Positions 15,498-25,005 of a DNA stretch of 30,578 bases are shown here, piece by piece (position 1 is the first letter of the stretch; each line of letters opens with the position of its first letter). The position numbers and the translations under genes are program-made. Origin of the DNA: a virus; the IMG/VR virus record IMGVR_UViG_3300045988_171550, positions 1 through 30,578 of that record; one strand, given 5' to 3'. The notes beneath the pieces are model-generated. The model saw nothing but the letters and a program-made list of their open reading frames with translations, had not been told where the DNA came from and searched no databases.

Positions 15498-17549
15498 ATG
15501 AATGGTGGAAATGTAATCTTTCATTTTAAGGGAGAAACAAAAGAACTAGAAAAATCTACATTATCAGTTGGAGATATTATAAAAGGTTCTTTAGCCTCTA
15601 AAGCAATTGTTAAAGGCTTGCAAGCAGTAAATGAAAATTTAGATGGTGCTATAAAAAGAGTAGATATTATGAATAACTTTCCTAATATTATGGGTAATTT
15701 AGGAATAGGTGCAGATGAAAGTGCTAGAGTTATTCAAAAGTTAAGTGATAAATTAACAGGACTTCCAACTGCATTAGATAGTGCAGTAGGAGCAGTTACT
15801 AGATTTACAACTAAAAATAGTGATTTATCAAAATCTGCTAAAATGTTTCTTGCTGTTAATAACGCAATTCTTGCTGGTGGTGCATCTACTGAAATACAGG
15901 CTAGTGCATTAGAACAGTTATCTCAAGCCTATGCGAAAAGTAAACCAGATATGATGGAATGGAGAAGTCTACTTACAGCAATGCCAGCACAATTAAATCA
16001 AGTTGCTAAAGCAATGGGAATGACTACTGATGCACTTGGAGAAGGATTAAGAGATGGTAGTATTTCAATGGATGATTTTATTGATACTATTATGAAACTT
16101 AATACCGAAGGTGTTGATGGATTAGCAAATTTTGAAGAGCAAGCAAGAAGTGCAACAGGTGGAATAAGAACTTCACTTACTAACCTTAAAACAGCAATTG
16201 TAAGAGGTATTGCAAATACAATTAATACAATAAATACTTCACTTCAAAATGCAGGATTACCTACTATTTCAGAAATAATACAAAATATAAGTAAAAAGAT
16301 AAATGTATTATTTGCAAATATTCAAAAACTTGTACCTTTACTTGTAAAATTATCTCCATTAATAATGGGAGTAGTAAGTGCAATTGCTACATATAAAATT
16401 GTATCTGGAGGTTTAAAGATATTAGCACTTGCTAAAAATATAGGTAAAGCAAGTATTGCATTTATACAGTTAGTTAAATCTATAAAAAGTGTTAGAGATG
16501 CAATGTTATTATTAAATGTTGCATTTAGTGTAAACCCAATAGTTTTAATTGTAGCCGCTATAATAGGATTAGTTACAGCATTTGTTATTCTTTGGAAAAA
16601 AAGTGAAAAATTTAGAAACTTTTGGATTGGTTTATGGGAAGGAATAAAAAATGTATTTAGCAAAGTATGGAAAACAATTACAGGTTTCTTTACTAATACA
16701 ATTCCAACTGCATTTAACAATTTTATATCATTTTTAAGAAGTATTCCAACAAAGATTAGTGAATTTGTAGAAACAGTTATTTCTCACATAAAGAAAATAC
16801 CATATTATTTAGGCTATGCACTTGGTTATATGGCTGGTCTTATTGCTAAAGCAGTAGTTAAGTCTTGGAATTTTATAACAAAAACATTACCTGAAATGTT
16901 AAGAAGTTTTGGAGAGGCAGTTATTAATTTCTTTGCTTCATTACCTGGAAAAATTTGGAATGGACTTGTATTATGTTATAATAAAATTAAAGAATTTGGT
17001 ATAAATGTTTGGAATTGGCTTGTAAATGCATTTAATTCAGTAATTAATTGGATTATTAATTTAAAATATAGTATTAGAGATGGCGTTATTAATATCATAA
17101 ATACGATTATAGAGTGGTTTAAGAAGTTACCAAGCAATATGTATAACATAGGTTCAAATATTGTTAAAGGGCTATGGAAGGGCATTAAAAATAGTGTTCA
17201 ATGGTTAAACAATAAAATAAAAGAATTTTCAAGTGGAGTTGTAAAAGGCTTTAAAAAAGCATTTGGAATAAAATCACCATCAAAAGAATTTGCTATAATT
17301 GGTAAATTTAATATGCTAGGTCTTGAAAAAGGTATGGAAGATATGCAACCAGAAATTCAAAGGTCAATTGATGGTATGTTTGATTTATCTCCTAGTCTAT
17401 ATGGTAATACAAGTGCAAATTTAAGTCCTATTGTTAATGTAACAACTAATGTTGATATAGAACAAGATAATTTTGGACAATTTGTTAAAAAAATTAAAAC
17501 ATATAGCGGTGGAAGTAAAAATGATTACAATTATGGTATGGGAGTGTAG
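15498..17549 (+). CDS. tail tape measure protein
   Basis: 683 aa with an Ala/Gly-rich N-terminal part, central hydrophobic helices and Trp/Phe-periodic repeats (NFWIGLWEGIKNVFSKVWKTITGFF). It is the largest ORF after the tail tube gene. Confidence 0.75.
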   Translation: MNGGNVIFHFKGETKELEKSTLSVGDIIKGSLASKAIVKGLQAVNENLDGAIKRVDIMNNFPNIMGNLGIGADESARVIQKLSDKLTGLPTALDSAVGAVTRFTTKNSDLSKSAKMFLAVNNAILAGGASTEIQASALEQLSQAYAKSKPDMMEWRSLLTAMPAQLNQVAKAMGMTTDALGEGLRDGSISMDDFIDTIMKLNTEGVDGLANFEEQARSATGGIRTSLTNLKTAIVRGIANTINTINTSLQNAGLPTISEIIQNISKKINVLFANIQKLVPLLVKLSPLIMGVVSAIATYKIVSGGLKILALAKNIGKASIAFIQLVKSIKSVRDAMLLLNVAFSVNPIVLIVAAIIGLVTAFVILWKKSEKFRNFWIGLWEGIKNVFSKVWKTITGFFTNTIPTAFNNFISFLRSIPTKISEFVETVISHIKKIPYYLGYALGYMAGLIAKAVVKSWNFITKTLPEMLRSFGEAVINFFASLPGKIWNGLVLCYNKIKEFGINVWNWLVNAFNSVINWIINLKYSIRDGVINIINTIIEWFKKLPSNMYNIGSNIVKGLWKGIKNSVQWLNNKIKEFSSGVVKGFKKAFGIKSPSKEFAIIGKFNMLGLEKGMEDMQPEIQRSIDGMFDLSPSLYGNTSANLSPIVNVTTNVDIEQDNFGQFVKKIKTYSGGSKNDYNYGMGV

Positions 17550-17552
17550 AAT

Positions 17553-19031
17553 ATGATTAAAATGTTAATAAATAAAGAAGAAGTATTAAGTGATAGAGAA
17601 TTTACAATAAATGAGGAAATGCTTGCTACTTCTTCAACTATCTTAAATAATTGTTATCCTAAAAGTTGGGAAAACGATAAAGATTATACTTCTAGATTTT
17701 ATTATCCTAAAGACTATTCATTATGTGAAATACTAGATGATGATAAATTAGCCTTTGCTGGTGTTGTAAAAAATAGTGCAAATATAAGTATAAATCCTAG
17801 ATACCCACATTTTGGTTCATTTGAAATACTTGGCTTTAAAACATTTTTAAGTGAATGTGATACACTTGATTTTGTAATAAGTGATAAAACTATAAGTGAA
17901 GCAATAGAGATGGTAGTTGATGCAATTAAAGAATATGGATTTATAGTTGGAAATATAAATATTCACGGTGCTGATAATAAAATAGGGGCTTATTCAACTC
18001 TTAATAAAGCACCATATGAAGTATTTCAATATTTAGCAGATATTACACAAAGTAAGTGGTACACAAGACTTCTTGATGATGAAAAAGTGGCAATAGATTT
18101 TTATGACCCTACATTAATGCCTAGAGCAGAGAATATTGAATATACTACCGAATATTTTGAAGATAAAAAAATAATTGATATGTCATTAAGTTATGGTTCT
18201 TATGATTATAGAAATAAACAAATTATGATTAGTAATGAAGTTTATGGAAATATTGATTATACAAATAATATTGTTGCTGATGGTTATTCAAAAATATTTA
18301 CAACTGAAGCAAATATTGGAGAAATAAAAAGTATAACAGTTGCAGGAGCATCAAAAAGTTTTGCAACAAAAGAAGATAAAGATTTAGGAATAAGTGCAGA
18401 TTTTTATTATACAGTTGGAAAAAATCAGTTAGAAACTGATGAAAATATAACAAATGGTACTTCAATAGTAGTTGTATACACACCAATTATTAAAGGTAGA
18501 CAAGTTGTTACAAATGAGGATGAAATACAAAGAATAGCAACACAACTTGGTAGAAAAGGTGTAATTACTAGATATGAAACTAGAAATGATGTACTTGATA
18601 GTGATGAACTTAATAAAATTGGACAGTCTTATATTAGATATAAAGGCACACCTGAAGTTGTAATTACAATTCAAACTGAAGATGTCGATATATTAAATAT
18701 AGGTCAAATAGTTTATTTTGATGCTCCTATTAATGATTTAAAACAAGATTATATGGTAAAAAAGAAACAAACAAAAATAATGCCTATTGCAAATAAAATA
18801 TTCTATACTTATGAAATAAATTCTAATTTTAATAGTGAAAGTGATATAAATTATTTTGATAATCAAAGAAGTAAAGCAAGTGGTAATATTGAAAAAGGAG
18901 ATTTCATAGATAGAAATATTGATATAAATACAGAGGCAAATATTATATTTAGTGGTCTTACAATAAGTGAAGTAAGTATAAATGGAAATAATGTACTAGA
19001 TAGTATATTAGATAGTCCATTTGTAGAATAA
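17553..19031 (+). CDS. distal tail protein (Dit-like), assigned by position
   Basis: A 492-aa ORF immediately after the tape measure gene. Confidence 0.45.
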   Translation: MIKMLINKEEVLSDREFTINEEMLATSSTILNNCYPKSWENDKDYTSRFYYPKDYSLCEILDDDKLAFAGVVKNSANISINPRYPHFGSFEILGFKTFLSECDTLDFVISDKTISEAIEMVVDAIKEYGFIVGNINIHGADNKIGAYSTLNKAPYEVFQYLADITQSKWYTRLLDDEKVAIDFYDPTLMPRAENIEYTTEYFEDKKIIDMSLSYGSYDYRNKQIMISNEVYGNIDYTNNIVADGYSKIFTTEANIGEIKSITVAGASKSFATKEDKDLGISADFYYTVGKNQLETDENITNGTSIVVVYTPIIKGRQVVTNEDEIQRIATQLGRKGVITRYETRNDVLDSDELNKIGQSYIRYKGTPEVVITIQTEDVDILNIGQIVYFDAPINDLKQDYMVKKKQTKIMPIANKIFYTYEINSNFNSESDINYFDNQRSKASGNIEKGDFIDRNIDINTEANIIFSGLTISEVSINGNNVLDSILDSPFVE

Positions 19032-19041
19032 TGGAGGAAAT

Positions 19042-20949
19042 ATGACAAATGATTATAAATCTAATTTATTAAAATGGTTAGTAGGTAAATATTCTACACA
19101 AAATAAAGTAGATGTACCTCAATTTAGTAGTGATTATAAAAAAACAAATAATTTGCAAAATGAATTACACCACGCATTTCCAAATGGTTATTTTATAAAT
19201 GGTTCATTTCAAGGACAAGATACTAATAATAATGGAATAGGTTATTCAGTTATATTTGGTTCTTATGCAGTAGATAGTAGTGCAAGTGCATATAAGGGAT
19301 TTATAATATCTTTAAATCAAGAGTTTAACATTTTACAAATATTTAAAACTTATGCAAGTGGAACAGAACTTGGAGAAATAAATGCTTTAAATGTTGGAGA
19401 TGATGGACAGTTCTTTTTAATAGAAACTCAAAGTAGTGGTGTAAAAAGATTTGTAATGGTAAATAACTTCTTAATAAAGAAACCTACTGATGCAGAATAT
19501 TCTTTAACACTTCGTAAATCATATAATTTACAAGGTAATGCGAACCTAATTCAAAGTTATAGTAATATAATTAAATCTCCTGGTCAAAGTCATTATTTAA
19601 TTGTAGGAATTTATTTACAACCAAATACACAAATGCCAATGGCAACTGACCTTGAAATAAAGGTCGGAGAACCAAATGTATGGACTGATTATACTACACC
19701 TAGTGGAGTTGTAAATAATTATTCAATAGGAGATACATTTGCAAATTGGGATAGTGATGGAAATATTAATTTTAAAGTAGCAACATTTGCAATACTTGAT
19801 AATACTACAATAAGATTTAGTGAACTTGTAGGTAATTCAAAAACTGAACCTGGTGTATTAAATCCAGTTAATTATGGAGCATTTATTTATAATGCAAGTT
19901 CATATAGTGTTAAAATAATAGACTTTTATACCTCATATTATAGTGTTGTTTTTTTAGATGAAGTTTCAACAACAAGTGAATATCATAAAGTTGTAAGTAG
20001 TGGAAGTGATATAGATGATACTTTATTAATAAGTTACCCAATATCTACAAATTATAAATTAGAAGCAAGTTTATATAAAATAAATAAAGAAGTATTTTAT
20101 TTTCAATATAATTTAGCACAAAATGAAAATTGGGATAGTTTCTTCTATGTTGGAAGAATAACACCGGAGAGCATATATGAAGCAAGTTATTTTGAAGAAA
20201 TAGATACAAGTGGATTTAATTTATTCATACCTCAAAAGCAATATAATTTATATAACTTTTATGCACAAATAGGAAATACATTACATCAAGTTCAACAATT
20301 ATATAATGAAAATGATTATAATGGTAATGCATATATTGATTATAATAGTATGGTTGGTAAGATGGGAGTATTATATGATGATAATCTTGTAATATTTGCT
20401 AGAAATTTGTATAATAAATATGTAAATAATAATACTACTTTAAATGTACTTGAAGTACCAAATACATTTATAAATGATTTAACAATTAAAAATCAAAAAT
20501 TATTATCACAAGCAAATAATATTATGCTAGAAAATGCAAGTAATTTAACAAAAAATATTTATGAAACATTATACTTAAACTTTTATAACAAGTTATTAAT
20601 AAGTAATGAAAATGATACTTCTAATGTAATAATTAATCAAAATGCTTCAAATTATTTAAACAGTAATATTGATGGAGGGGCAGAAACAAATTATCAAAAT
20701 TCAAAAGCAATAAAATTAAAAATAAATTATGAAGATAATACAAGTAAAATCAGAGTATTAAGTAATAGTGAGATAGAAGTAAGTACTGATACAACAGCAA
20801 TGTATGATTTAACTTTATATATTAATAAAAAAATGAAGAGTATAGAAATAATTAGCAATGATGAAATAATTAGTTATCAAGCAATAGATGTGACTAATTT
20901 AGAAGTTGGTAAATATTATAATATAATACAAATGGTAGAGGTTATTTAA
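19042..20949 (+). CDS. tail-associated / receptor-binding protein (Tal or tail fiber), assigned by position
   Basis: A 635-aa Asn/Tyr/Ser-rich protein after the Dit-like gene. Confidence 0.45.
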   Translation: MTNDYKSNLLKWLVGKYSTQNKVDVPQFSSDYKKTNNLQNELHHAFPNGYFINGSFQGQDTNNNGIGYSVIFGSYAVDSSASAYKGFIISLNQEFNILQIFKTYASGTELGEINALNVGDDGQFFLIETQSSGVKRFVMVNNFLIKKPTDAEYSLTLRKSYNLQGNANLIQSYSNIIKSPGQSHYLIVGIYLQPNTQMPMATDLEIKVGEPNVWTDYTTPSGVVNNYSIGDTFANWDSDGNINFKVATFAILDNTTIRFSELVGNSKTEPGVLNPVNYGAFIYNASSYSVKIIDFYTSYYSVVFLDEVSTTSEYHKVVSSGSDIDDTLLISYPISTNYKLEASLYKINKEVFYFQYNLAQNENWDSFFYVGRITPESIYEASYFEEIDTSGFNLFIPQKQYNLYNFYAQIGNTLHQVQQLYNENDYNGNAYIDYNSMVGKMGVLYDDNLVIFARNLYNKYVNNNTTLNVLEVPNTFINDLTIKNQKLLSQANNIMLENASNLTKNIYETLYLNFYNKLLISNENDTSNVIINQNASNYLNSNIDGGAETNYQNSKAIKLKINYEDNTSKIRVLSNSEIEVSTDTTAMYDLTLYINKKMKSIEIISNDEIISYQAIDVTNLEVGKYYNIIQMVEVI

Positions 20950-20964
20950 GGAGAGTGATGAAAA

Positions 20965-21516
20965 ATGGCAAAAGTAACATTTGAAAATAAAGTAACATTA
21001 AATGAAAATGCTGATATACCAAATATAAATAAATGTATGGCAAGTGATTTAAATGAATTAAAAGCAAGTATTAATGCTTTATACGATGATAGAAATATTA
21101 TGATGATAAATTTAGATAGTGCACAAAAGATTACAACAACCACAGAAACCAAAGTTTTATTTAATAACAAGATATTTCAATTAGGGGATAAACTAACTTT
21201 TGAAAATAATGGAATAAAGATTGGTGCTGGTGTATCAAAAGTAAGGATAGATTTAACATTATGGTTAGAAGGGCATGCTACTGATACTTATGGAGCATTC
21301 TTTATAGTAAATAGTAGAACAGGTGTTTTAACTTACAACTTAGAACAATATGAGAAAACAATTATTTGGAATACTGCAAATTCTTATATATATGCTGATG
21401 TTCAAGAAGGAGATATTATTTTTGCAAATGTAAGATTTAGTGTAGCAGGAAATAATAATGTAGTCGCTGGAAACTATAAAAATGCGTGTTTATTAGCAGT
21501 AGAAACAATTGAGTAG
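20965..21516 (+). CDS. putative tail fiber / host-specificity accessory protein
   Basis: A 183-aa ORF with an RBS (AAGGAGAGTGATGAAAAATG), between the tail genes and the lysis genes. Confidence 0.35.
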   Translation: MAKVTFENKVTLNENADIPNINKCMASDLNELKASINALYDDRNIMMINLDSAQKITTTTETKVLFNNKIFQLGDKLTFENNGIKIGAGVSKVRIDLTLWLEGHATDTYGAFFIVNSRTGVLTYNLEQYEKTIIWNTANSYIYADVQEGDIIFANVRFSVAGNNNVVAGNYKNACLLAVETIE

Positions 21517-21736
21517 GTGGATTATGAATGACACAATAATAGTTGCAATTATATCATTTGTAGGAACTTGTTTAGGTTCATTTGCAGGAATAAATTTAAT
21601 AAAATATAGAATTGAACAATTAGAAAAAAAAGTTGAAAAACATAATTCAGTTATGGAAAGAACATTTATTTTAGAAGAAGATGTAAAGTACATAAAAGAA
21701 GATATAAATATGTTGAAAGGAAGTGTAGTAAAATGA
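21509..21736 (+). CDS. small N-terminal-TM / coiled-coil protein (lysis-associated?)
   Basis: 75 aa with one predicted N-terminal TM helix (IIVAIISFVGTCLGSFAGINLI) and then a coiled coil. It lies upstream of the holin gene. Confidence 0.4.
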   Translation: MSRWIMNDTIIVAIISFVGTCLGSFAGINLIKYRIEQLEKKVEKHNSVMERTFILEEDVKYIKEDINMLKGSVVK

Positions 21737-21865
21737 TGAAAACAAGAGAAATGAACGATAAAATTATTAGAAAGTGGTTTTAATGGAGAATTATTCTTAA
21801 ATAAACTATTAGATGAGTATAAGAAGAAATTGCAATAAATACATTCTTGAATTAATTATCAAATT

Positions 21866-21889
21866 AATACCATTTATTGGTATTTTTTT
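21866..21889 (+). terminator. rho-independent terminator
   Basis: The stem AATACCA/TGGTATT with loop TTTAT is followed by T5. Confidence 0.55.
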
Positions 21890-21940
21890 GTGATATTTAA
21901 AAGTTATGTTATAATTACTATAGAAAAGGAGGAATAGCAA

Positions 21941-22144
21941 ATGAAAATGAGTAACAAAGTATATAACAAATTAAAATATTTCCTAATGATATTTTATCCA
22001 GCATTAACATTACTAATAAGTACATTAGGAACTATTTATGATTTTAATGTAGAAAAACTATTACTAACAATAAGTGCAATTGTTACATTTATTGGTACTA
22101 TTACTGGAATTTCAAATGTAAATTACAACAAAAATAACAAATAG
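21941..22144 (+). CDS. holin (two predicted TM helices)
   Basis: A 67-aa protein with two hydrophobic helices and a charged C-terminus, a strong RBS (AAAAGGAGGAATAGCAAATG), and a position immediately upstream of the endolysin. Confidence 0.6.
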   Translation: MKMSNKVYNKLKYFLMIFYPALTLLISTLGTIYDFNVEKLLLTISAIVTFIGTITGISNVNYNKNNK

Positions 22145-22174
22145 TGTTATAATAAAACAAAGGAGGAATATATT

Positions 22175-22897
22175 ATGATGAAAGTAAATGAGTTTATTGA
22201 CAAGTTAGAATTAGCCTTAAAAGAACCATCTAAATACCAAAGCGGAGGCTGGGGTAAATGGGATGGCAAGTATTGGAATTGGGATTGTATCTGTCTAATT
22301 AAAGGTATTCTATGGGGCTGGGAGGCTGATAAAAACAAACCTCGTGGCGGTGGAGCAATATACACTTCAAACGGTGTTCCAGATATTGGGGAAAACTCAA
22401 TGATTAATCAATGTAAAAATGTATCATCAGATTTTACTAATATTAAAAAAGGTGAAATGCTTTGGATGGATGGACATGCTGGTGTTTATGTTGGTGATGG
22501 TAATGTAATCGAAGCAACAGCAGGTTGGGATACTTGGAAAGTTATCAAATCTCAAATTGGTAAAAATGGTGAGAGAACTTACAATGGTAAAGTTGGAAGT
22601 AGAAATTGGGAAAAACATGGTTTCTTAACTTATGTAGATTATACTGAAAATGAAATTGTTGAGCCTGTTGAACCAAAAGAAGAAGAACCTATTGAAGAAC
22701 CAAAATTTGTAGTAGGAGATAAAGTTAAACCTTTAAAACTTGTTAATTACAATGGTACACCACTTGTTCAATATGATGAAACATATACTATTATGGAAAT
22801 CAATGGTGATAGAGTAGTTTTAGGTGCTCCTAGAGGTTCAAAAGGTACATTAGAAATCTGGGCTTCAATGAATATTAATGATATAGAAAAAATATAA
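22175..22897 (+). CDS. endolysin: N-terminal NlpC/P60-type cysteine peptidase plus C-terminal SH3b-like cell-wall-binding domain
   Basis: WDCICLIKG holds the catalytic Cys (the DCSGL box). NKPRGG and MDGHAGVYVGDGNVIEA hold the His box. The C-terminal 65 aa (VGDKVKPLKLVNYNGTPLV…) are SH3b-like. RBS AAAGGAGGAATATATTATG. Confidence 0.7.
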   Translation: MMKVNEFIDKLELALKEPSKYQSGGWGKWDGKYWNWDCICLIKGILWGWEADKNKPRGGGAIYTSNGVPDIGENSMINQCKNVSSDFTNIKKGEMLWMDGHAGVYVGDGNVIEATAGWDTWKVIKSQIGKNGERTYNGKVGSRNWEKHGFLTYVDYTENEIVEPVEPKEEEPIEEPKFVVGDKVKPLKLVNYNGTPLVQYDETYTIMEINGDRVVLGAPRGSKGTLEIWASMNINDIEKI

Positions 22898-23073
22898 TAA
22901 AAATGGCTATTTTTAGCCACACACACAAACTTTCTTTAAAAATTAAGCAATTATATTAACACAAGTAATAGGTATTTATCATAGCCTGTTCTATGAGGCT
23001 AGTTATATAAATCAGTAGAACTTTGGGAAAATATAACTCATATCTATTACAATAACAACTATATTTATTGCAC

Positions 23074-23103
23074 AAAAAAATAACCTTAATTGGTTATTTT
23101 TTT
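23074..23103. terminator. bidirectional rho-independent terminator (A-run, stem, T-run)
   Basis: AAAAAAA-AATAACC-TTAATT-GGTTATT-TTTTT. A perfect 7-bp stem is flanked by an A7 run and a T5 run. Confidence 0.55.
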
Positions 23104-23275
23104 CTTTATCTACCCAAAATAGATAAAATCAGTGATATATGGGAACATATCAACAATAATATTATATCATATAAGTAAATATATTACTAGCACCCTAAAC
23201 CACACTAGGCATCGGTTCTTTAAGACTTTATATATTTACTATACTAATTATATCATATTAATTTATTTATTTAAA

Positions 23276-23480
23276 ATAAAAAAACATCCAGTAAAGGATG
23301 TAATCAAATAGACATAACCCCGTTTTAGATTAAAAATTTTATGCATATAAATCTTTAATCCCATAAAGCATTACCCGTGCATAGCAATTGTAATCAAGGT
23401 TCTTTACTTACCTTCAACAACTCCTCGTTCCCTATGCAGTTATTCGCCATCTATTCTAAATTACCAATCAATGATAACCT
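23276..23480 (-). ncRNA. candidate minus-strand non-coding RNA of about 200 nt with its own promoter and intrinsic terminator. Function unknown.
   Basis: A minus-strand promoter at 23515..23487 and a minus-strand terminator at 23301..23276 bracket a segment with higher GC than its surroundings. The segment has no ORF longer than 18 aa and no SD. It is the only minus-strand transcription signal found in a genome whose genes are all on the + strand. Confidence 0.4.
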
Positions 23481-23486
23481 AGATTA

Positions 23487-23515
23487 AGTATATCATAATT
23501 ATTTATGAATGTAAA
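23487..23515 (-). promoter_or_regulatory. minus-strand sigma-70 promoter with extended -10 (TTTACA-N17-TGaTATACT)
   Basis: The reverse complement of 23510-23515 is TTTACA, the spacer is 17 nt, and the reverse complement of 23487-23492 is TATACT, preceded by TGa. Confidence 0.45.
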
Positions 23516-23641
23516 TTATAAAAATTAATAAAATATATTCAAAAAAAACAAATTTTCTGCAAAAAATGACTTTAAAATAAGCATTTTTGATTATTTTTAA
23601 TAAAAAAGTGTAATTTTTCTAAAAAAAATGTAACAAAAGTG

Positions 23642-23670
23642 TTGACTTTCTATAATAACTATTATATAAT
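23642..23670 (+). promoter_or_regulatory. consensus sigma-70 promoter (TTGACT-N17-TATAAT) driving the early-gene block
   Basis: The -35 is at 23642-23647 and the -10 at 23665-23670, about 35 nt upstream of the first early ORF. Confidence 0.6.
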
Positions 23671-23703
23671 AGTAGTGTAATTAAAGAAAGGAAGGAGATT
23701 ACA

Positions 23704-23988
23704 ATGAAAAGTTTAGAAGAACTAAAAAAAATGGTAAAAGAAGCAACAAATTGTTGTGGAGAGGAGGAAGCGAAATTTTTATCTTACAATGTTAAAGAAA
23801 ATAAGGCAACGTTACATCCAGAATATGTTGATGCTAAAAGATTTGCAGAAGAAGGTGGTCAAGTATTAGTACTTGGTACTGATAAGGTTTATACTTATTC
23901 AATTAAGAACGAAGAAGAATATATGAATTATTTAAGAAATGAAATTAAACAAGAAAATTATGCAACTATGAACAGATGTGGATTATAA
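23704..23988 (+). CDS. hypothetical early protein (94 aa)
   Basis: RBS GGAAGGAGATTACAATG. It is the first gene after the strong promoter. Confidence 0.5.
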   Translation: MKSLEELKKMVKEATNCCGEEEAKFLSYNVKENKATLHPEYVDAKRFAEEGGQVLVLGTDKVYTYSIKNEEEYMNYLRNEIKQENYATMNRCGL

Positions 23989-24025
23989 AATAAAGGAAGA
24001 TTAAAAATGAAAGGAGATAATTAAA

Positions 24026-24250
24026 ATGTATATTAGAAAAGAAGATTACAAAGAACTTTTAGAAAGGGTTAAAAAAATTACTTCAATTGATTATTCATAT
24101 GAAGAAGATAAATCATTAATAGAAGTTGATAATTTATTTGCTATAATTGATGATTTAATTTATGAATATGATAAAAAAGTAGAAGAAATTGATGAACTTA
24201 ATGGTTGGAAAGAAGAAGAACCACCAATGAGTGAAAGAGAATTTCATTAA
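24026..24250 (+). CDS. hypothetical acidic early protein (74 aa)
   Basis: RBS AAAGGAGATAATTAAAATG. Confidence 0.5.
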   Translation: MYIRKEDYKELLERVKKITSIDYSYEEDKSLIEVDNLFAIIDDLIYEYDKKVEEIDELNGWKEEEPPMSEREFH

Positions 24251-24269
24251 TAAGAAAGGAGAATTAAAA

Positions 24270-24494
24270 ATGAAAGAATTAAAACTAAAATTAGTAGAAT
24301 TAGAATATGAAAAAGAAAACAACGCAAGAACAATGATTAATATTAAAGAATTAATTGCAGATTTAAAAGAAGCGAAAAAAAATTATGAAAAATATTTTGT
24401 AGCATATTTAGATTACAAAGAAAAAAACAAAGATATTGATAGAAAAATGTACATCATAAGTGAAGCAATTAAAATAATGAAAGGAGAGAATTAA
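24270..24494 (+). CDS. hypothetical coiled-coil early protein (about 75 aa)
   Basis: The ATG at 24270 follows AAAGGAGAATTAAAAATG. The longer ORF shown in the track (24231) has no RBS. Confidence 0.45.
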   Translation: MKELKLKLVELEYEKENNARTMINIKELIADLKEAKKNYEKYFVAYLDYKEKNKDIDRKMYIISEAIKIMKGEN

Positions 24495-24495
24495 A

Positions 24496-24678
24496 ATGAG
24501 CGAGAATAAATTAAAATTAATTGAATGGTGTTGGAACAATTTACAATTTCATAATTGTCCTGATACTTGGGAAGATACTTATATTGTTGATATTCTAAAT
24601 GGTTGTACAGGCTTCTGCCACGATTATAATGGCAAAGCATACAAGTTTAGTGATATAAGATTTATGTTTGGAATTTAA
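24496..24678 (+). CDS. hypothetical Cys/His-containing early protein (60 aa)
   Basis: RBS AAAGGAGAGAATTAAAATG. Candidate metal ligands are C-x8-C…C-x3-CH. Confidence 0.45.
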   Translation: MSENKLKLIEWCWNNLQFHNCPDTWEDTYIVDILNGCTGFCHDYNGKAYKFSDIRFMFGI

Positions 24679-24696
24679 GAAAGGAGGGAGGTAAAA

Positions 24697-25005
24697 ATGA
24701 TGAATACAGTAATGCTAGTTGGGCATTTAACTCAAGACCCACATTCTATAACAATTGATGGAAAGACTAAAATAGTTGCATCTATTGCAGTAAGAAGAAA
24801 TTATAAGAATTCAGATGGAGAATATGTAGAAGATTTTATTCCAGTTACAATATGGCAAGGTGTTGATTCACAAATTTGTGAATTATGTAAAAAGGGAGAC
24901 ACAATTGCAATTAAAGGAATAGTTCGTTATGATAATGAATTAGAAATTGTTGCTGAAAAAGTTTCATTCTTATCAAGGAGTAAAAATGAAAAAGAAGAAA
25001 AATAA
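24697..25005 (+). CDS. SSB-like OB-fold protein lacking the acidic C-terminal tail. It is a paralog of the SSB at 559..984.
   Basis: AVRRNYKNSDGEYVEDFI aligns with AVRREYKNVNGEYDSDFI of the SSB at 559..984. The protein ends in a Lys/Glu-rich segment with no DFPF. RBS AAGGAGGGAGGTAAAAATG. Confidence 0.65.
   Translation: MMNTVMLVGHLTQDPHSITIDGKTKIVASIAVRRNYKNSDGEYVEDFIPVTIWQGVDSQICELCKKGDTIAIKGIVRYDNELEIVAEKVSFLSRSKNEKEEK

Noticed and set aside
23370-23420. The 18-codon ORF (MANNCIGNEELLKVSKEP) inside the minus-strand transcript
   Set aside because: It has no Shine-Dalgarno and is too short. The transcript is better treated as non-coding.
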